From Octopus vulgaris (Eukaryota), in the NCBI GenBank assembly GCA_951406725.2, contig OX597814.1, positions 89,280,001-89,344,000 of the forward strand: DNA of 64,000 bases, read 5' to 3'. The notes beneath the pieces are model-generated. The model had not been told where the DNA came from. It ran no database searches and worked only from the letters and a program-made list of their open reading frames with translations. A program made the translations under genes and the position numbers. Below are positions 1-12,652 of this stretch, in pieces. Numbering within the stretch: the first letter of the stretch is position 1; every line of letters begins with the position of its first letter.

Positions 1-2
1 CA

Positions 3-152
3 CTAGGTTTTGTTAGTAAATACTTAAAGGAGATTCTGGATAAACTGGGATTTTCAGAAAGAGAAATTGACCAGCTAATTCGTATATTACAAATGCAATC
101 TGTGAGTGGCACAGTAAAAATATGCAAGACTTTTCTTAAGTTACAAATGTGA
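3..152 (+). mobile_element. C-terminal end of a non-LTR retrotransposon ORF (restriction-like endonuclease type, R4/Dong- or CRE-like), truncated by window start
   Basis: Frame from nt 3 reads LGFVSKYLKEILDKLGFSEREIDQLIRILQMQSVSGTVKICKTFLKLQM*, resembling the GALG...LQ..(L/V).GT.KI tail of RLE LINEs; A-rich stretch follows near 230-250. Confidence 0.55.
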
Positions 153-262
153 ATTTATTTGTGTTAACTATATCCTAAAGATGGAGCCTTGTATCTTTGT
201 TGGTAACCGGCTCCATCCACAGTGGAAGATTTATAATAATTAAAAAATAGAAGAGACACATA

Positions 263-1540
263 TTGGGTTGGCAATTTTTTTAAATTAACATTTTTTTAAG
301 GGTTTAATAAAAAAATAACAACTACTTAATCAATAATGTATTCACCTTTATTGTTAACAACTTCTTCCCATCATTCAACAAGATTTTCAATACCTCGTTG
401 GTAGAAATCACCCGATTTCGACGTGAAAAATTGATCCAACTCAAGCTCTCAATTCTGCATCAATATTGAATGAAACTCCATGCATAGCATTTGAAAGAGA
501 TCGAAAGAGGTGGAAATCCATTGGTGCCAAATCAGGAGAGTACGGCAGGTGTGGCAGCACTTCCTAATCATTCATTTGAATGGCTTCCTTGGTCATATTG
601 GCGATATGAGGGCAGACATTGTTATGCAGCAGAAGAACTCCATGCTGTCAATTAGGTCTTTTCTCTTGAATAGCCATGTTGAGTCATTCCATCTGTTGAA
701 CATAGAGTTCTGCGTTGACCATTTGGTTCTGTTCAAGCAATTTATAATGGATAATCCCTTCCCAGTCCCACCATATGCATAACATCGTTTTACACGGATG
801 AAGATCTTGTTTCATGCGCAGTGTCGCTTGTTTACCGGGGCTAAGCTATTCCTTACGCAGCTTCATATTGATGTACAGGCACCATTTTTCATCACCAGTA
901 ATGATTCGGTAAAGAAATTGTTGCTTGTGCCCATGAGTTGAACAGTGACCAGCAAGCAAACCAGCGGGGATTGTGGCTCGTTGATTTTTGTTGTTGTCAC
1001 TTAAAGTATGCGGAACCCATGCTCCATACTTCTGAACCTTTCCCATCGAGTGAAGATGCTTCTCTACAGCAGTGTGGGAGCATTCCATTTTCTCTGCCAG
1101 TTCCCTTGTTGTTTGAGGAGAATTTTCGTGCAAAAGTTGGTTTAATCGCTCTTCATCGAACTCAACTGGACGACCAGAACGAGGTGCATCTTTGAGGTCA
1201 AAATTTCCATTTTTGAACTTGGCATACCAATCACGAGTGGTTCTTTCAGCTATGGCACCCTCTCCATACACAGCACAAATGTTGCGAGCAGCTTTTGCAG
1301 CCTTAGAACCTTGATTAAAAGCAAAAAGAAGGAGGTGTCGAAAATGTTCGTTTTTCTTAACTTGACATTCCATTTTATTAATCTGAAAATAATCTAAAAT
1401 TAACTAAAAAAAACCAAAATAGATTCCAAGATGATCCAAAAATATAATTCTCAAAAAAAAAAAAAAATAGATTCTAAAATTTAAATACGCAATAAATTCC
1501 AAAATTTAAAAAAACGGTAGGAACTTAGTTGCCAACCCAA
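263..1540 (-). mobile_element. Full-length decayed mariner transposon (~1.28 kb)
   Basis: TA-TTGGGTTGGCAA at 261-274 and TTGCCAACCCAA-TA at 1529-1542 (TIR plus TA duplication); encloses a mariner transposase. Confidence 0.93.
326..1373 (-). pseudogene. Mariner transposase pseudogene
   Basis: ORF 1373-846 has HTH region, WVPHTL and ITGDEKW; the frame continues past in-frame stops through MLCIWWDWEGII and LPYSPDLAPMDFHLF. Confidence 0.92.
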
Positions 1541-1874
1541 TACATGCATGAGAATCAAATATTCTCTGTATAGCAAGTTAGGCAGGTCAATATACAAAGT
1601 GTATTAAATACATGAAATACGAAAAATGTATGTGTGTTTACATACAAAAAGATTTGACTTACACAGAATAGAAATGATATCAAGAATTAGATGGGTTGAA
1701 GAAAAGTATTGCAAATCCAACTGCTGTTTCTGGGGTCTCTGCTTTGGGCAAAATACCGCTAATTTAATAATAATAATAATTAGAAAGCTATATTTTTCAA
1801 CACATAAATACTGAACAGTATATACAAATGATAAAATCCTTTTAAGAGCAGAAAAGTTGATTTCAAATTTTTGC

Positions 1875-2230
1875 CACAAGGGCAGCTTGGGGAGGGATTT
1901 AGTTGATTACATCAACCCCAGTGTTTCACAGGTACTTTAATTTACCGACCCCAAAAAGATGAAAGGCAAAGTCAACCTCAGCAGAATTTGGACCCTGAAT
2001 GTAAAGACGGATGAAATGCCGCTAAGCATTAAGTCCGGCATGCTTAATGATTCTGCCAGCTCGCTGCCTGATAATAATAATCCTTTCTACTAAAGCCTCA
2101 AGGCCTAAAATCAACCCCCAGTGCTCAACTGCTACTTAATTTATCAACTCCAAAAGGATGAAAAGCAAAGTCAGCTTTGGCAGAATTTGAACACAGAACA
2201 TAGAGTCAGAAGAAATGCTGCTAAACATAA
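1875..2230 (-). mobile_element. Two adjacent tRNA-derived SINE copies (family with Nin/Deu-like central domain)
   Basis: Reverse complement of GGCAGCGAGCTGGCAGAATC..TTAGC...GTTGACTTTGCCTTTCATC..GGGGTCG.TAAATT..GTACC; family recurs at 16137, 17186, 59281 and, decayed, near 2553, 3826, 24040. Confidence 0.8.
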
Positions 2231-3105
2231 CCTTAAATGATAATAATAACCAGTAAAACTTGTGGAACTTCCACATTTCTTAAATGTTCTTGTTTCTGTC
2301 TTGATGCATAAATTCACTGATCTTCTGAAACATAGTTTCATTATGTTTCATTTTATTCCTTAGTTAAAGTTGTTGACAATATAACACATGTAGCAAACAG
2401 AATATTATAGATACTTAGTATGAATCTTCATGTTTCTGTATGCCAAGTATGTTGAAGACACAACAAGAGTTCAGTTGGGATTCAAACTTTGGCCAGAGGC
2501 TCCATTTGCTACAGATACTATTCTATATAGCATGTCACATGTGTGTGATTGTTTCTATTATGGACACAAAGCCTGAAATTTTGAGAGAGCGGGGTATAGT
2601 CAATTACTTTGGCATCAATGCTCAACTGAAACAATGAAGGTTAACTTTAGTGGAATTTGAACTCAGGTGATAAATAGCTGGGTAAATGGTGTTAAGTATT
2701 TTGTTTGACACTCTGATGGTTCTACCTGCCTGCCATCTTTGTCACATATATATTATAGAAGAAGAGAAAAAAATGTCATAGGGTATATTGTTCTTATGTA
2801 AGTAGACGGCAGAAAAGGTAGACTACTTTTCAGACCAAAGAAACTCAATACTTTGAACTGACTTTGCCGTTTGTCTTTTGAAGTCGACAGTATATGTACC
2901 AGTAATGTACTGAAGTTGATTCAGTCACCCATATATTTCCCTACTAATTAGTGATTTCGTGTCAATGTAAAAAAAACTAAACATGTCTTACACAGTGGTG
3001 TTATACACTAAGCATTTTTTGCTTTTTCCTTTTTTGGAGCTAAGTTGATAATGCCCTTTCATAATGACATCTCCACTTACTTGTTTCCCTTTTAAAGATC
3101 TAAGC

Positions 3106-3630
3106 CAGTGGTTCCCAAACTTTTTTGGACTGCTACCCACTTAGCATCCAGGCCATATTCCTAGTATTCCCACTCCACACACATGCCACCACCATCATCA
3201 CTACAAATATAGATGTCTTTCTACTGCAAATTCAAAACAAATGTATTTCACAAATAAAATTTTACCTAGTTTACCCATTAGTTTGCTGTTTTTACAATAT
3301 GAAAAGTGTTTTTGTTATCATTATTGTTGTTGATGTTTTTGTTCAATGTTCTAGGTTTTCATATTTCTACAGAATTCTCTTGGGAATTTGGGGAGTTTTA
3401 TTTATTTTTGTTCTCTTTTCTTGTTTTAAGAAAACAAGCAACTTTTTTCAGATTGATTTTAAATTCTACTTTCTAAACCTGGGTGTACCATTGAAAAATA
3501 GAAGGGGAGTATTGCCACCTATTTCTTCCTTTTGACCACCTTGTTATCACTCCATTTTTCTTCAACGCCTTCCTGGATTTTTCCACCACCCCAGGTGGTG
3601 GGACAGCACAACCCACTTTGGGAACCACTG
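3106..3630. mobile_element. Non-autonomous hAT element (Charlie/Buster-like MITE)
   Basis: TIRs CAGTGGTTCCCAAA / TTTGGGAACCACTG; 8-bp TSD ATCTAAGC (3098-3105) vs ATCTTAGC (3631-3638). Confidence 0.88.
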
Positions 3631-3770
3631 ATCTTAGCCCACATATAAATAATAATCTGAAACCTTGAGGTAGAATATTCATACTTTTGGGGAAAAGCAT
3701 CTAAGTAACAATGGTTACAATTGAGATGCTGGGGTTTACTTGAACATGACTGCTCAATCAATCAATCAGT

Positions 3771-3826
3771 AATAATAATAATTATAATAATAATAATAAT
3801 TATAATAATAATTATAATAATAATAA
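3771..3826. repeat. (TAA)n microsatellite
   Basis: Direct reading. Confidence 0.95.
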
Positions 3827-4464
3827 TCATTTCCACAATAGGCACAAGGCCTGAAATTTTTTAGAGAGTGGGCTAGTTGATTGCATCAATCCCAGTGTGC
3901 AAGTGGTACTTATTTCATCTACTTCAAAAGGGTGAAAAACAAATATCATCTTTCAATTTAGCAGAATTGAAAACATAGAGCAAAACTAAATATTGGGAAA
4001 TTGTTAGTCAGAAACTTTACTCCACCACTCTATGATTTTCAAATACATTATATTTTGTCACCAGCAAGAAGTCTTGGATGGAGGAATACAAACGTCTCTT
4101 ATACCACAAAATGATTTTCAAATACATTATATTACAAGCTGATACAATACAATGTAATAATAATGATGAAGACAGAAATAGACTGTTATATAAATGTATT
4201 AATATAATTATGTAAAATTTTACTGATAATGTTCTTAATCCAGATTCTTTAATGGTCCCTTCAACCACATACAGTTTAATAAGCATAGTAACACACAACT
4301 GAGAAGTGAGGCATACTCTGTTCCTTGCAAAAAAAATTTTAAAATGAGGTCCTTTTGCTTTAAAAAAACATCTTTATTTACTTTTTCTCTTGTAATAACT
4401 TGATGTTAACTTTTCCATTTTTTTTCTCTTTCTCTTCATGAAACAGTTTTGACAAGCCTGTGAC

Positions 4465-4836
4465 ATGGATTCCTCTCAGGATGGTGAATCTTTTCCAAAT
4501 TGGGATTTACTTCCTGAACATTTACTTCTTCACATCTTCTGCTATCTTTCGGCACAGAGCGTCCTCAATTGCTCCCAAATGTGCACAAAGTGGTTGCGCA
4601 TAGCATATGATGAATTGCTCTGGAAGAAGCTTTTCTATGCAGAGTGGAACATTAACCGAGATGTTGCTATGTCTCCTGGCAAGAAGTCTTGGATGGAGGA
4701 ATACAAACGTCTCTTATACCACACACCCTCTGTTGAAAGTGAAGTTCTCAAGCAGCACAATGACCAAGTTCTGCATGTCAGCTTTTCTCATGATGGTTCC
4801 ATGTTTTCGACTTGTTCCAAGGATGGTTATGTGAAG
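4465..4836 (+). CDS. FBXW5: F-box/WD repeat protein 5, coding exon 1 (F-box and first WD40)
   Basis: LPEHLLLHIF..W..IAYDELLWKKLF F-box; HNDQVLHVSFSHDGSMFSTCSKDGYVK WD40; pyrimidine tract plus CAG acceptor ending 4446 implies an upstream non-coding exon; donor AAG|GTAAAT, phase 0. Confidence 0.95.
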
Positions 4837-5243
4837 GTAAATATTGGAATGAGAAAGTGACTAACTCTTTATCATCCTTCTTTTTTCATTTTCTCCTTGT
4901 TCATTTTCATTCATTTCATATAGATAATGCTTATCTTTATCATTTCTTGTGCATGAGGGGGTGAACATATTTCAGTTCAAGTTGACATGGTTGTATCTTC
5001 TTTATCCTTTTATTTCAGTTTTTGGTCAGGCCAACATTGGTATGAGGTGCTTAAGAATACAGTTGGAATTCATCTGTACAGTCTTCTTTTAGATGTGCCC
5101 AAGAGCAGTGCCATCCATTTGAAAACAAAGCATCTCTTTTGGCTGTATGCTCATTCATTATACTTTGATCAGACTAGTGTAGCCTTTTCTATCTAACAAC
5201 CTTGTAAATGTTAAATAGGTGAAAATAGAAATTCAACTCTTAC

Positions 5244-5470
5244 TTAACCCTTTATTACCAACCAGGCTGAAACTGGCTCTGGCTCTGAGTACAAATGTCT
5301 TGTTTTCATAAGTTTTGAATTAAAATCTTCCACCAAACCTTAGTCACAATTTATGTTCTTAACACTAGCTTAATGATAACTAAGTTATTTTACTAAATTT
5401 TTTGTAATATTTAAAGTAATTGAAAGAAACACAGAGCATCTCAAAATAAATACAGTAACTAAAGGGTTAA
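5244..5470. mobile_element. piggyBac-type MITE family A; other copies 10898-11126, 53063-53285 (inverted), decayed near 42622-42830
   Basis: TTAA-CCCTTT...AAAGGG-TTAA ends; near-identical internal sequence among copies. Confidence 0.88.
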
Positions 5471-5963
5471 AGCTTTTTGTCAAAAAGTTGTATTGGATAG
5501 ATAGATCTAGCTAATGATAACCATATGGCTGAAACTCAGAACATTCTTGCATTAACTTTGGTTCAGCCTACTCAGGAACATTAGCACTAAAACTGAAGTG
5601 AAGCAGTTTTGACTGGAAATTGAGTTGGGTTTGTGTTTTTAATTTCCTAAAAGCCTACCAATAGACCATATTATTTGATCCTATCTTAAGTGTGTTCCTG
5701 TTTCTTTATGCATAACATATAGAGCAAATTTAATGGAGATAATTATTTTTGATGAGTCACCTAGTTCTAAAAATGATTTCTTCACATTGGTACTAGTCTA
5801 CACATTTGTAAGACTGAGATGTTGTTGACTTCACTACATAACTGATAGTTGTTTTGACCTTGATAAGACTTCAACTTAGATGTTGTTGGATATGATTAAA
5901 TACTGAAAGGTGTTTCAGTACCTTTGTCTCCTCTGCTCCAACCCTTCATTCTAATGATAATTA

Positions 5964-6394
5964 CACTGAGTAATAAAATTTTTATTTTTTGTCTTTGGTC
6001 CGTAAGTGTTATTTTCCTAATCAAAGGATATGACTACTATTCTCTTCAAACTTTGCTTTTGCAACCTGGACATCAGTGTCTTGAAACTGACATTACATTT
6101 CAGACAGATTCAGTGCTTAGTTGCTGAGGCAGAAATATCGTTATAGCAAATATTCTGTTCAATGCCACATATTTGCTTATCAGTTGCTTGACCTTAACCA
6201 CTTGAGCATGTCCCTTAGTGATTGACAACATGATGAGCAGGAGCGTCATAGCCAGGTGTTGAGAGGGATTCTTTGGGGGTTTGAATAAATGTAACAAAAG
6301 CAAAGTTTGAAGGAAATATTAGCCTTTTCCATACTTTCTAGAAGTAAGCAAATAGGAAATAACAGTTACTACCCCTAAAAATTGTTACACAGTG
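5964..6394. mobile_element. Non-autonomous Chapaev3-like element; second copy 52282-52774
   Basis: TTA-CACTGAGTAATAA ... TTGTTACACAGTG-TTA (CACTG termini, 3-bp TTA duplication); internal sequence shared with the 52.3-52.8 kb copy. Confidence 0.75.
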
Positions 6395-6992
6395 TTAATG
6401 TTTATGACTGGCCAATTTTATTAGGGAAATTTTTTTTCTTTTTATGTCCAGTCAATTGATTAATTAGACATCTGTCTGCATACAATTGGTACTTTAGTTG
6501 CTAACTTTAACGAACTGAACTCAACCCTGATGTTATTTGAACTCAGAGTAATGAAGCACTAAACTAGGTATACAGTAAAGAAGGCTTATGTGGCTCAGAA
6601 AATAGCTAAGACAATATTGCCATAAGCTTCTGTAGATTTTCAAATGAAATGGATGAATATTTATATTTTTAGTTATAAATAAGAAAGGGTGGTGATGCTT
6701 TCTAAGTTTAATTTCTGCTCGTATGTTTATAGAACACCTTCCTTTCCTCATCATTTTATCCTTATAAATAAATATTCTCAAATTATTCCAAGGTCATATT
6801 GAACCTATTCCTCTCTCCCAATGGATCTAAGTAGTCTGAAGATGCATATCTTATAGACTTCCTTAAAACTTTGAGACTAGTTTCCCTACCTTCATCATCA
6901 TCAATGTAATAATTTCCATCAATAATAAATATGAATTCTTCATTTTCTCATACTCCTCTAAGCCATTGATATATATGTTTTGTATGTGTTAG

Positions 6993-7167
6993 GTGTGGTA
7001 TTCTTCCAATCCTGTAACTTTAAGATATAAATATAACATGAAGAACCTGACCTGGAAGTACACTCAGTTTTCTCAATTTAATGAAACGAATACACTTTTG
7101 TTGGTGTCTGGAGTTTACTTTGGTGAAATGAGCACTTCTGGAGAGATAGCAGTTTTCAGCCTTACTG
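6993..7167 (+). CDS. FBXW5: FBXW5 coding exon 2
   Basis: TTAG|GTG acceptor; VWYSSNP...WKYTQFSQFNETNTLLLVSGVYFGEMSTSGEIAVFSLT; donor G|GTAAGT; 175 nt, phase 0 to 1. Confidence 0.95.
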
Positions 7168-7857
7168 GTAAGTGAATGAGATTTACTTCCAACTTTCTAC
7201 AATGAAAAGTATTTAAATAGCATTCTAATAATTATTTTTGATCTCTTTGTAAGATATTTAAATTAATTCAGATTGGTTATCATATATATATATTGTTGTA
7301 TTTAGGAATGGTCATTTTGCCAGTTTAGCCAATAAAAACAATAAAAATGTGCGTGTGTATGAAATCTGAGCATTTTTTTAATTGTTCATTGCATTTACAG
7401 CGTGTGTATGTGTATATATTACACACACACAGAGGGAGAGAGCTTCCATTGGTTAAGATTAGCCATGCATCTATACATGCATGCATAGTTCTGGGCAAAT
7501 ATTTTGAAGAAGACAAAATAGATACAGTCAAGCTGTTATTTAGAGACAAAGATCACTACATTTTAAAACATTTTAGGATTCATACATAGTGGATATAAGC
7601 TGGAATAAGGTGAAAGGAAGCAATCTTAAACAATGATTATTAGTTATTAAAAATGTGTTATTTTAAACTAACCAAATTTAGATTGTAGTTAGTAATGCCC
7701 TAAGTGAATCAGAAAACAGCATATGCAAGTTTAAATTCCTGAATTCAAATCTGACCCACCAAAACTTTAAAAATTATTGCAGATGAATGTCTTAGTACTG
7801 ATATTCACAAAGTTTGCAGTAAAAATATTAAAGATTGAATTTGATGGTCATTTTGGT

Positions 7858-8081
7858 TTAACCCCTTAGCATATAAACTGGCCATATCCATCATGAATAA
7901 TCTACCTGTTTAATTTTCAAATTTGCCAGATCCGGCCTCTTACACCTACCCTACAATGTCATTCTAAAAATAATCATGTCATTGACATCTCAAAGCTACA
8001 AGGTAATGCATGATTAATTCAAATCAATATGAATAAATAAGCATTACATTTGATAGAAAAATCTGAATGCTAAAGGGTTAA
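7858..8081. mobile_element. piggyBac-type MITE family B; other copies 13108-13332 (inverted) and 42849-43071
   Basis: TTAA-CCC(C/T)TTAGCAT ... ATGCTAAAGGG-TTAA ends; shared internal sequence. Confidence 0.85.
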
Positions 8082-8479
8082 AGAATGGTAACAAACATGA
8101 ATCCTACAGCCCACAGAAAAATATCATTAAATAGGTAATGATGCAAGAACTGCTGAAGTACTAGTAACTTGTAATTTATACCTTCTGATTTACCATGTCA
8201 TCTGCAGACAAACACCATCAACCACTTGTTTCCAGAATTACACATACTTGCACATAAACACTATGACTAATTTATAATTCCAATTATTATTCTGCAATGT
8301 TAAATTATGAAAGAGCATGTAACTCCAGAAAGTTTGCAAAGTTGATTTAGCAGCCTGTATTTTGAGGTTCATTGATGATTAGATTCCGCAAATAATTATA
8401 CACAGTATAACTTGAAAATAGTAACATTTGAAACTGGTCAGCTGGGAAAGGTTTTCATGTTCTATATTTATTGCACGAA

Positions 8480-8644
8480 GGTGCGGGCATGGCTATATGG
8501 TAAGAAGTTTGCCTTCCAACCAAATGGTCCCAGGTTCAGTCCCACTGCATGATACCTTGGACAAGTGTCTTCTACTATAGTTTTGGTTCAACCAAAATCT
8601 TGTGAGTAGATTTGGTAGACAGAAACTGAAAGAAACCCATTATG

Positions 8645-8677
<33 letters not shown>

Positions 8678-9402
8678 TGCCAGAAATGGTAAGACAACAA
8701 AAGAATGAAAGAGACCTTGATATTATGTAAATAGAGGAATTTATCTGTAAATGTAATATGAGACAATTATTTGGTAGCCATGATAAAACTCTGGTTTCAG
8801 ATGTTGGGGTGGAAATCCATGCTGCCATCTCTTCAGTTATCTGGCCATCGGAAAAAATGCCTCTTTTCCTATGGCCAGATAACTGAAGAGATGGCGGTGT
8901 GGATTTCCACCCCAACATCCAAAACTCAAAGTTTTATCATGGCTACTGAATAATTGTCACATGTTACATTTACAGATATATATATATAGTAGAAATATGT
9001 TACGAAAATAAAATATAAAATACACGTGGAAATGTAAGGGTAAAATATGAAAAAATCAACGAAAATGCACACTGCAAATAAAAAAAGGCTTTTTATGACA
9101 GGTAATGACAAATATATACATTTACATGGATTGAGGTAGTAATAAAGGTCATAAAAGTCATTATTATGAGATGATTATAAGATGATAATAAAGTAAGAAA
9201 ACAAAGCGAACCATGGTTTTGGCAAAAAGCTATTCATCGCTTTGAAAACACCAGCTAATACACAGTGTCAGGTCTAATAGTTCCTGAGAAATATATATAT
9301 ATATATTGATGTGTGTGTGTTTTTTTGCATCTGTGTGACTAAAATTTTTCAAGGCAGTGCCTTAGCATGACCAGTTTGATGACTGAAACGTAAAAGATAA
9401 AA
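8480..9402 (+). mobile_element. tRNA-derived SINE split by a Penelope-like insert in its internal TA tract
   Basis: Head GGTGCGGGCATGGCTATATGGTAAGAAG...GGTTCAGTCCCACTG at 8480-8645; tail AAGGCAGTGCCTTAGCATGACC...GACTGAAAC at ~9350-9402; compare intact copy 38343-38741. Confidence 0.72.
8776..8847 (-). ncRNA. Minimal type I hammerhead ribozyme-like motif; inverted, damaged twin on + strand at 8872-8944
   Basis: Minus strand: GGCCAGATAA-CTGAAGA-GATG...CATCT-GAAAC-CAGA-GTT-TTATCATGGCT; stem I GATAA/TTATC plus GGCCA/TGGCT. Confidence 0.6.
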
Positions 9403-9921
9403 GCCTAACTGTATCTGAAGGATGGCTGGAGGATGAAAACCATTATTGCAATGGAAAAATAAATTACATAAAATGAATGCACAAAACCTCTATAGTTTGA
9501 CTTATGAAGTTGGATAGGATGGTAGTAGGGAAGGTTTTTCTGGTCACATATTGTTACATAATCATCATAATAAAATTGTATTTAGAGTAGAGAAATTGTG
9601 TCTGGTTCTGATTTCGAATAGATAAGACTATGCGGTAAAAATAAGGGAGCTTTAGGTGCTTACTGTAGCTTAGCTTTCAGTGTGTGAGTTGTTAATCAAA
9701 AACTGTGTAGAAGCCTATAAAACAGTACATTAAGTTGCATCCTTTTATGTCAAAAGGTGTCTTAACCATTCAATAAAATAAGTACAAGGGTTGATAATAT
9801 TTATTGAAAATCTAAAGTTAAGTACTCCAGTTTGGCTTGAAATCAATGTAATGTTATTAGATTTAAGTTTTAAAAAATATATTTTCATGTAATTAAATAT
9901 TACCCTTTCTCTGTCTTTCAG

Positions 9922-10061
9922 ATGAATTTCAATTACAGTGTCGTGTTTTAAATAAACCTTATGATGTTTTTGGTACTTGGTACAATTCAAGCTATTTACT
10001 CTCTGGTCATCTGCACTGGTTTGGTCCTGTACAGTCCTATTGTGATATCTGGCTGAACAAA
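9922..10061 (+). CDS. FBXW5: FBXW5 coding exon 3 (not in ORF track)
   Basis: TTTCAG|AT acceptor; (D)EFQLQCRVLNKPYDVFGTWYNSSYLLSGHLHWFGPVQSYCDIWLNK; donor AAA|GTAAGT; 140 nt, phase 1 to 0. Confidence 0.95.
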
Positions 10062-11552
10062 GTAAGTTTCATTAATGTTGCCATTAGTTTAAGAGAGCAA
10101 GTACTATATTAGACTAAGATATGGCAGTCAGTGGATTACTGCTAGTTGAACTAACCTCTCTTATAAATGTACTAATGAAATGTTTAGATGTACAAATCCA
10201 TCTTAGCCATGATTTTGATTTGACATGCTCCTAGATATATTCTGTCAGATTTGGAAAATAAAAAGCTAAATAACTTATCTCCAAAATGTTCAGAGATAAT
10301 ATACACTACATGAAAACCAATTGGTAGCTTTAACTTGTATTATGCAGGGGGCATTAGAAACAATTTTAAGTGAGAAGAAAAAGTTAATGTCAATGACTAA
10401 TGTTATTTTTTTCATTTTCTGGGCAAGCTCAAAGAACATTTCCATATATTTGAGCCAGTGCTAGAAATAGCAGCCATATCTTTTTCACATCACTGTATTA
10501 GTTTTAAAACAAACTGAAGAACAATACAGTACAATCCTATATATTTACTTTGTGATTCATTTGTTGTAGTTATCTCATGCAAAAGGTGGACTGTATTTGA
10601 TATTGTAATGACTTAAATATGACACAATCTGGTTGCACCCTGCTTTGCTTGTCAAGTAAAATTTCACCTTGCAAATAAAGTAGGATACAACCAGAATAAG
10701 ATTGAAAAATGATATAGATGTCTACAATGTTTAGCCTTAAAATGATAAAATATTAGTCCTAGACAAATAGAGTTTCTTTTTCTCACTGCATATGTGTTTG
10801 TAGTTAGTTTTGCAATGTTGCATGCGTTAAATATGTTTTCAAATCACTCAGTTGTCTGGCTAATTTTGAAGCTATTTTGGATAAAATGGAGATTTATTTA
10901 ACCCTTTTGTTACCAACCCGGCCAAAACCGGCTCTGGCTCTATAGCATAAATGTCTTGTTTTCATAAGTTTTGAATTAAAATATACCACAAAACCTTAGT
11001 CACAATTTATGATCCTAACACTAGCTTAATGATAACTAAGTTATTTTACTAAATTCTTTGTTATATTTAAAATAATTGAAAGAAACACAGAGCATCTCAA
11101 AATGAATACGGTAATGAAAGTGTTAATAAGGTAAAACTTGTGGCTAATTTAAATATATCACTGTTGTGCATATCATTTTGACAAGCTGGGTTGTGGAAAA
11201 CAGGCTACCTTGGTTTTGCTTCCTTCACTTATATTTGGTAAAAACCTGGCCATTTTTCATTTTGGTAGCTGGTGCTAAGAGCAGACAGTTGTAAATAAAC
11301 TGATCCACTTTTTGTCTGGAAGTAGGACTCACTTTAGGTGGTTTTTTTTTTTGGGGGTTTTTTTTTTACAAGAGTCATGATTTTTGTCTGAAGCTAAAAA
11401 TTTAATTTTATTAATTAGACATCTCTGTAATTAAACTCTTATTTACATCTAAGCGAATATATATACATGTAATTGATGTGACCTATGCAATATTTGATCA
11501 TTATCTTTCTCTATAAATGTTATTCTCTAAGTAATATGCTTTCTTGTTACAG

Positions 11553-12652
11553 GCATTTCAAGCAACTGACTCTGAACACGAGTCTGTTGTGATGCTGATG
11601 TACCGTTTCAAAAATATAAATGCTAGTTCTATTCGAGCTATTATGATTGCAAACTGTATGACAGAGGATGAAAATCATTCTAGTGAGGATTTAACTGCAA
11701 ATAACAGTACAGAAGATCAAGCAGAATCTTCTAGTGAAAAAGATGTTGATTTGAATGGCAAAAATCCTAAAAACTCTGTTCCTTTACGGGTCTCATCATG
11801 TACAAGGGCTTCTAATTGTCCAAATTGCAATAAAAGACGAGCTGATAAAATATCTCAACAGAAGGCCACATGTACGAATGGTGAGCAAACTAAACGTAGC
11901 TGCAAGAATCTTCAATGTATTAATTTAATTCAAAATAGAAAGCTTCAAAATCATATGCTGGCAGTTTCTAATGATGATGTTGAGGATAAAAATACAATTG
12001 ATTCTAGTGAAGATTACCAAAATGCAGAAGCCACAAGATTTGATGATTTAGACTCTGATATTTCTGATACATTAGTAATGAATTCTTCTGATTCTGAAGA
12101 ATGTCTATGTATGTCTGACTGTTCTGGAGCTTTAAGCAACAGTAATCGCTGCAACAGCAGTACAAACAATGAATTATTTGAATCTAAACCTCTTGAAGAA
12201 AAATTAAATAATGATAAAGATTCAGATAAATGTTCTATGCCTGGTTGTGTTAGAGATCCAAGAAGCTGTTCTCCTGCTGGAGTATGGATTCCCAAAAGAA
12301 ATACAAATATCCGCAAGAATTTAAGGTTTTCATCTGCTACAACTTCACTGAAAGATATAGAAGAAATATCTAAGAAGGCTAGTGACTCAAAGGAAAACAC
12401 AAAAGTTCATGACAAATACCTTATTTTTACAACGGGTTCTAAAACTTACACACCTCATCAGATTGGTATTAAAAAAATTCATTCTCTTGAAGCTGTACAT
12501 TATGAAAATGTGGAAGAGTCTGAAGATGGTGTAAGGTTGCTCCCAAATGTGGAAGACAATCAACCAGGATCCCCTCACAAGTTTGATGAAGTCGATCATC
12601 TTATTGAACTTGATGGCCATATTATTGGCATGTGTTTGTCACCTGACCATAG
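11553..12652 (+). CDS. FBXW5: FBXW5 coding exon 4 (1100 nt)
   Basis: TTACAG|GCA acceptor; AFQATDSEHESVV...NINASSIRAIMIANC; KYLIFTTGSKTYTPHQIGIK; DHLIELDGHIIGMCLSPDHR; donor AG|GTAACA, phase 0 to 2. Confidence 0.95.

Noticed and set aside
510-1195. Plus-strand ORFs of 90 and 85 aa
   Set aside because: Antisense to the mariner transposase pseudogene
12014-12620. Minus-strand ORFs of 128 and 77 aa
   Set aside because: Antisense shadows of FBXW5 exon 4
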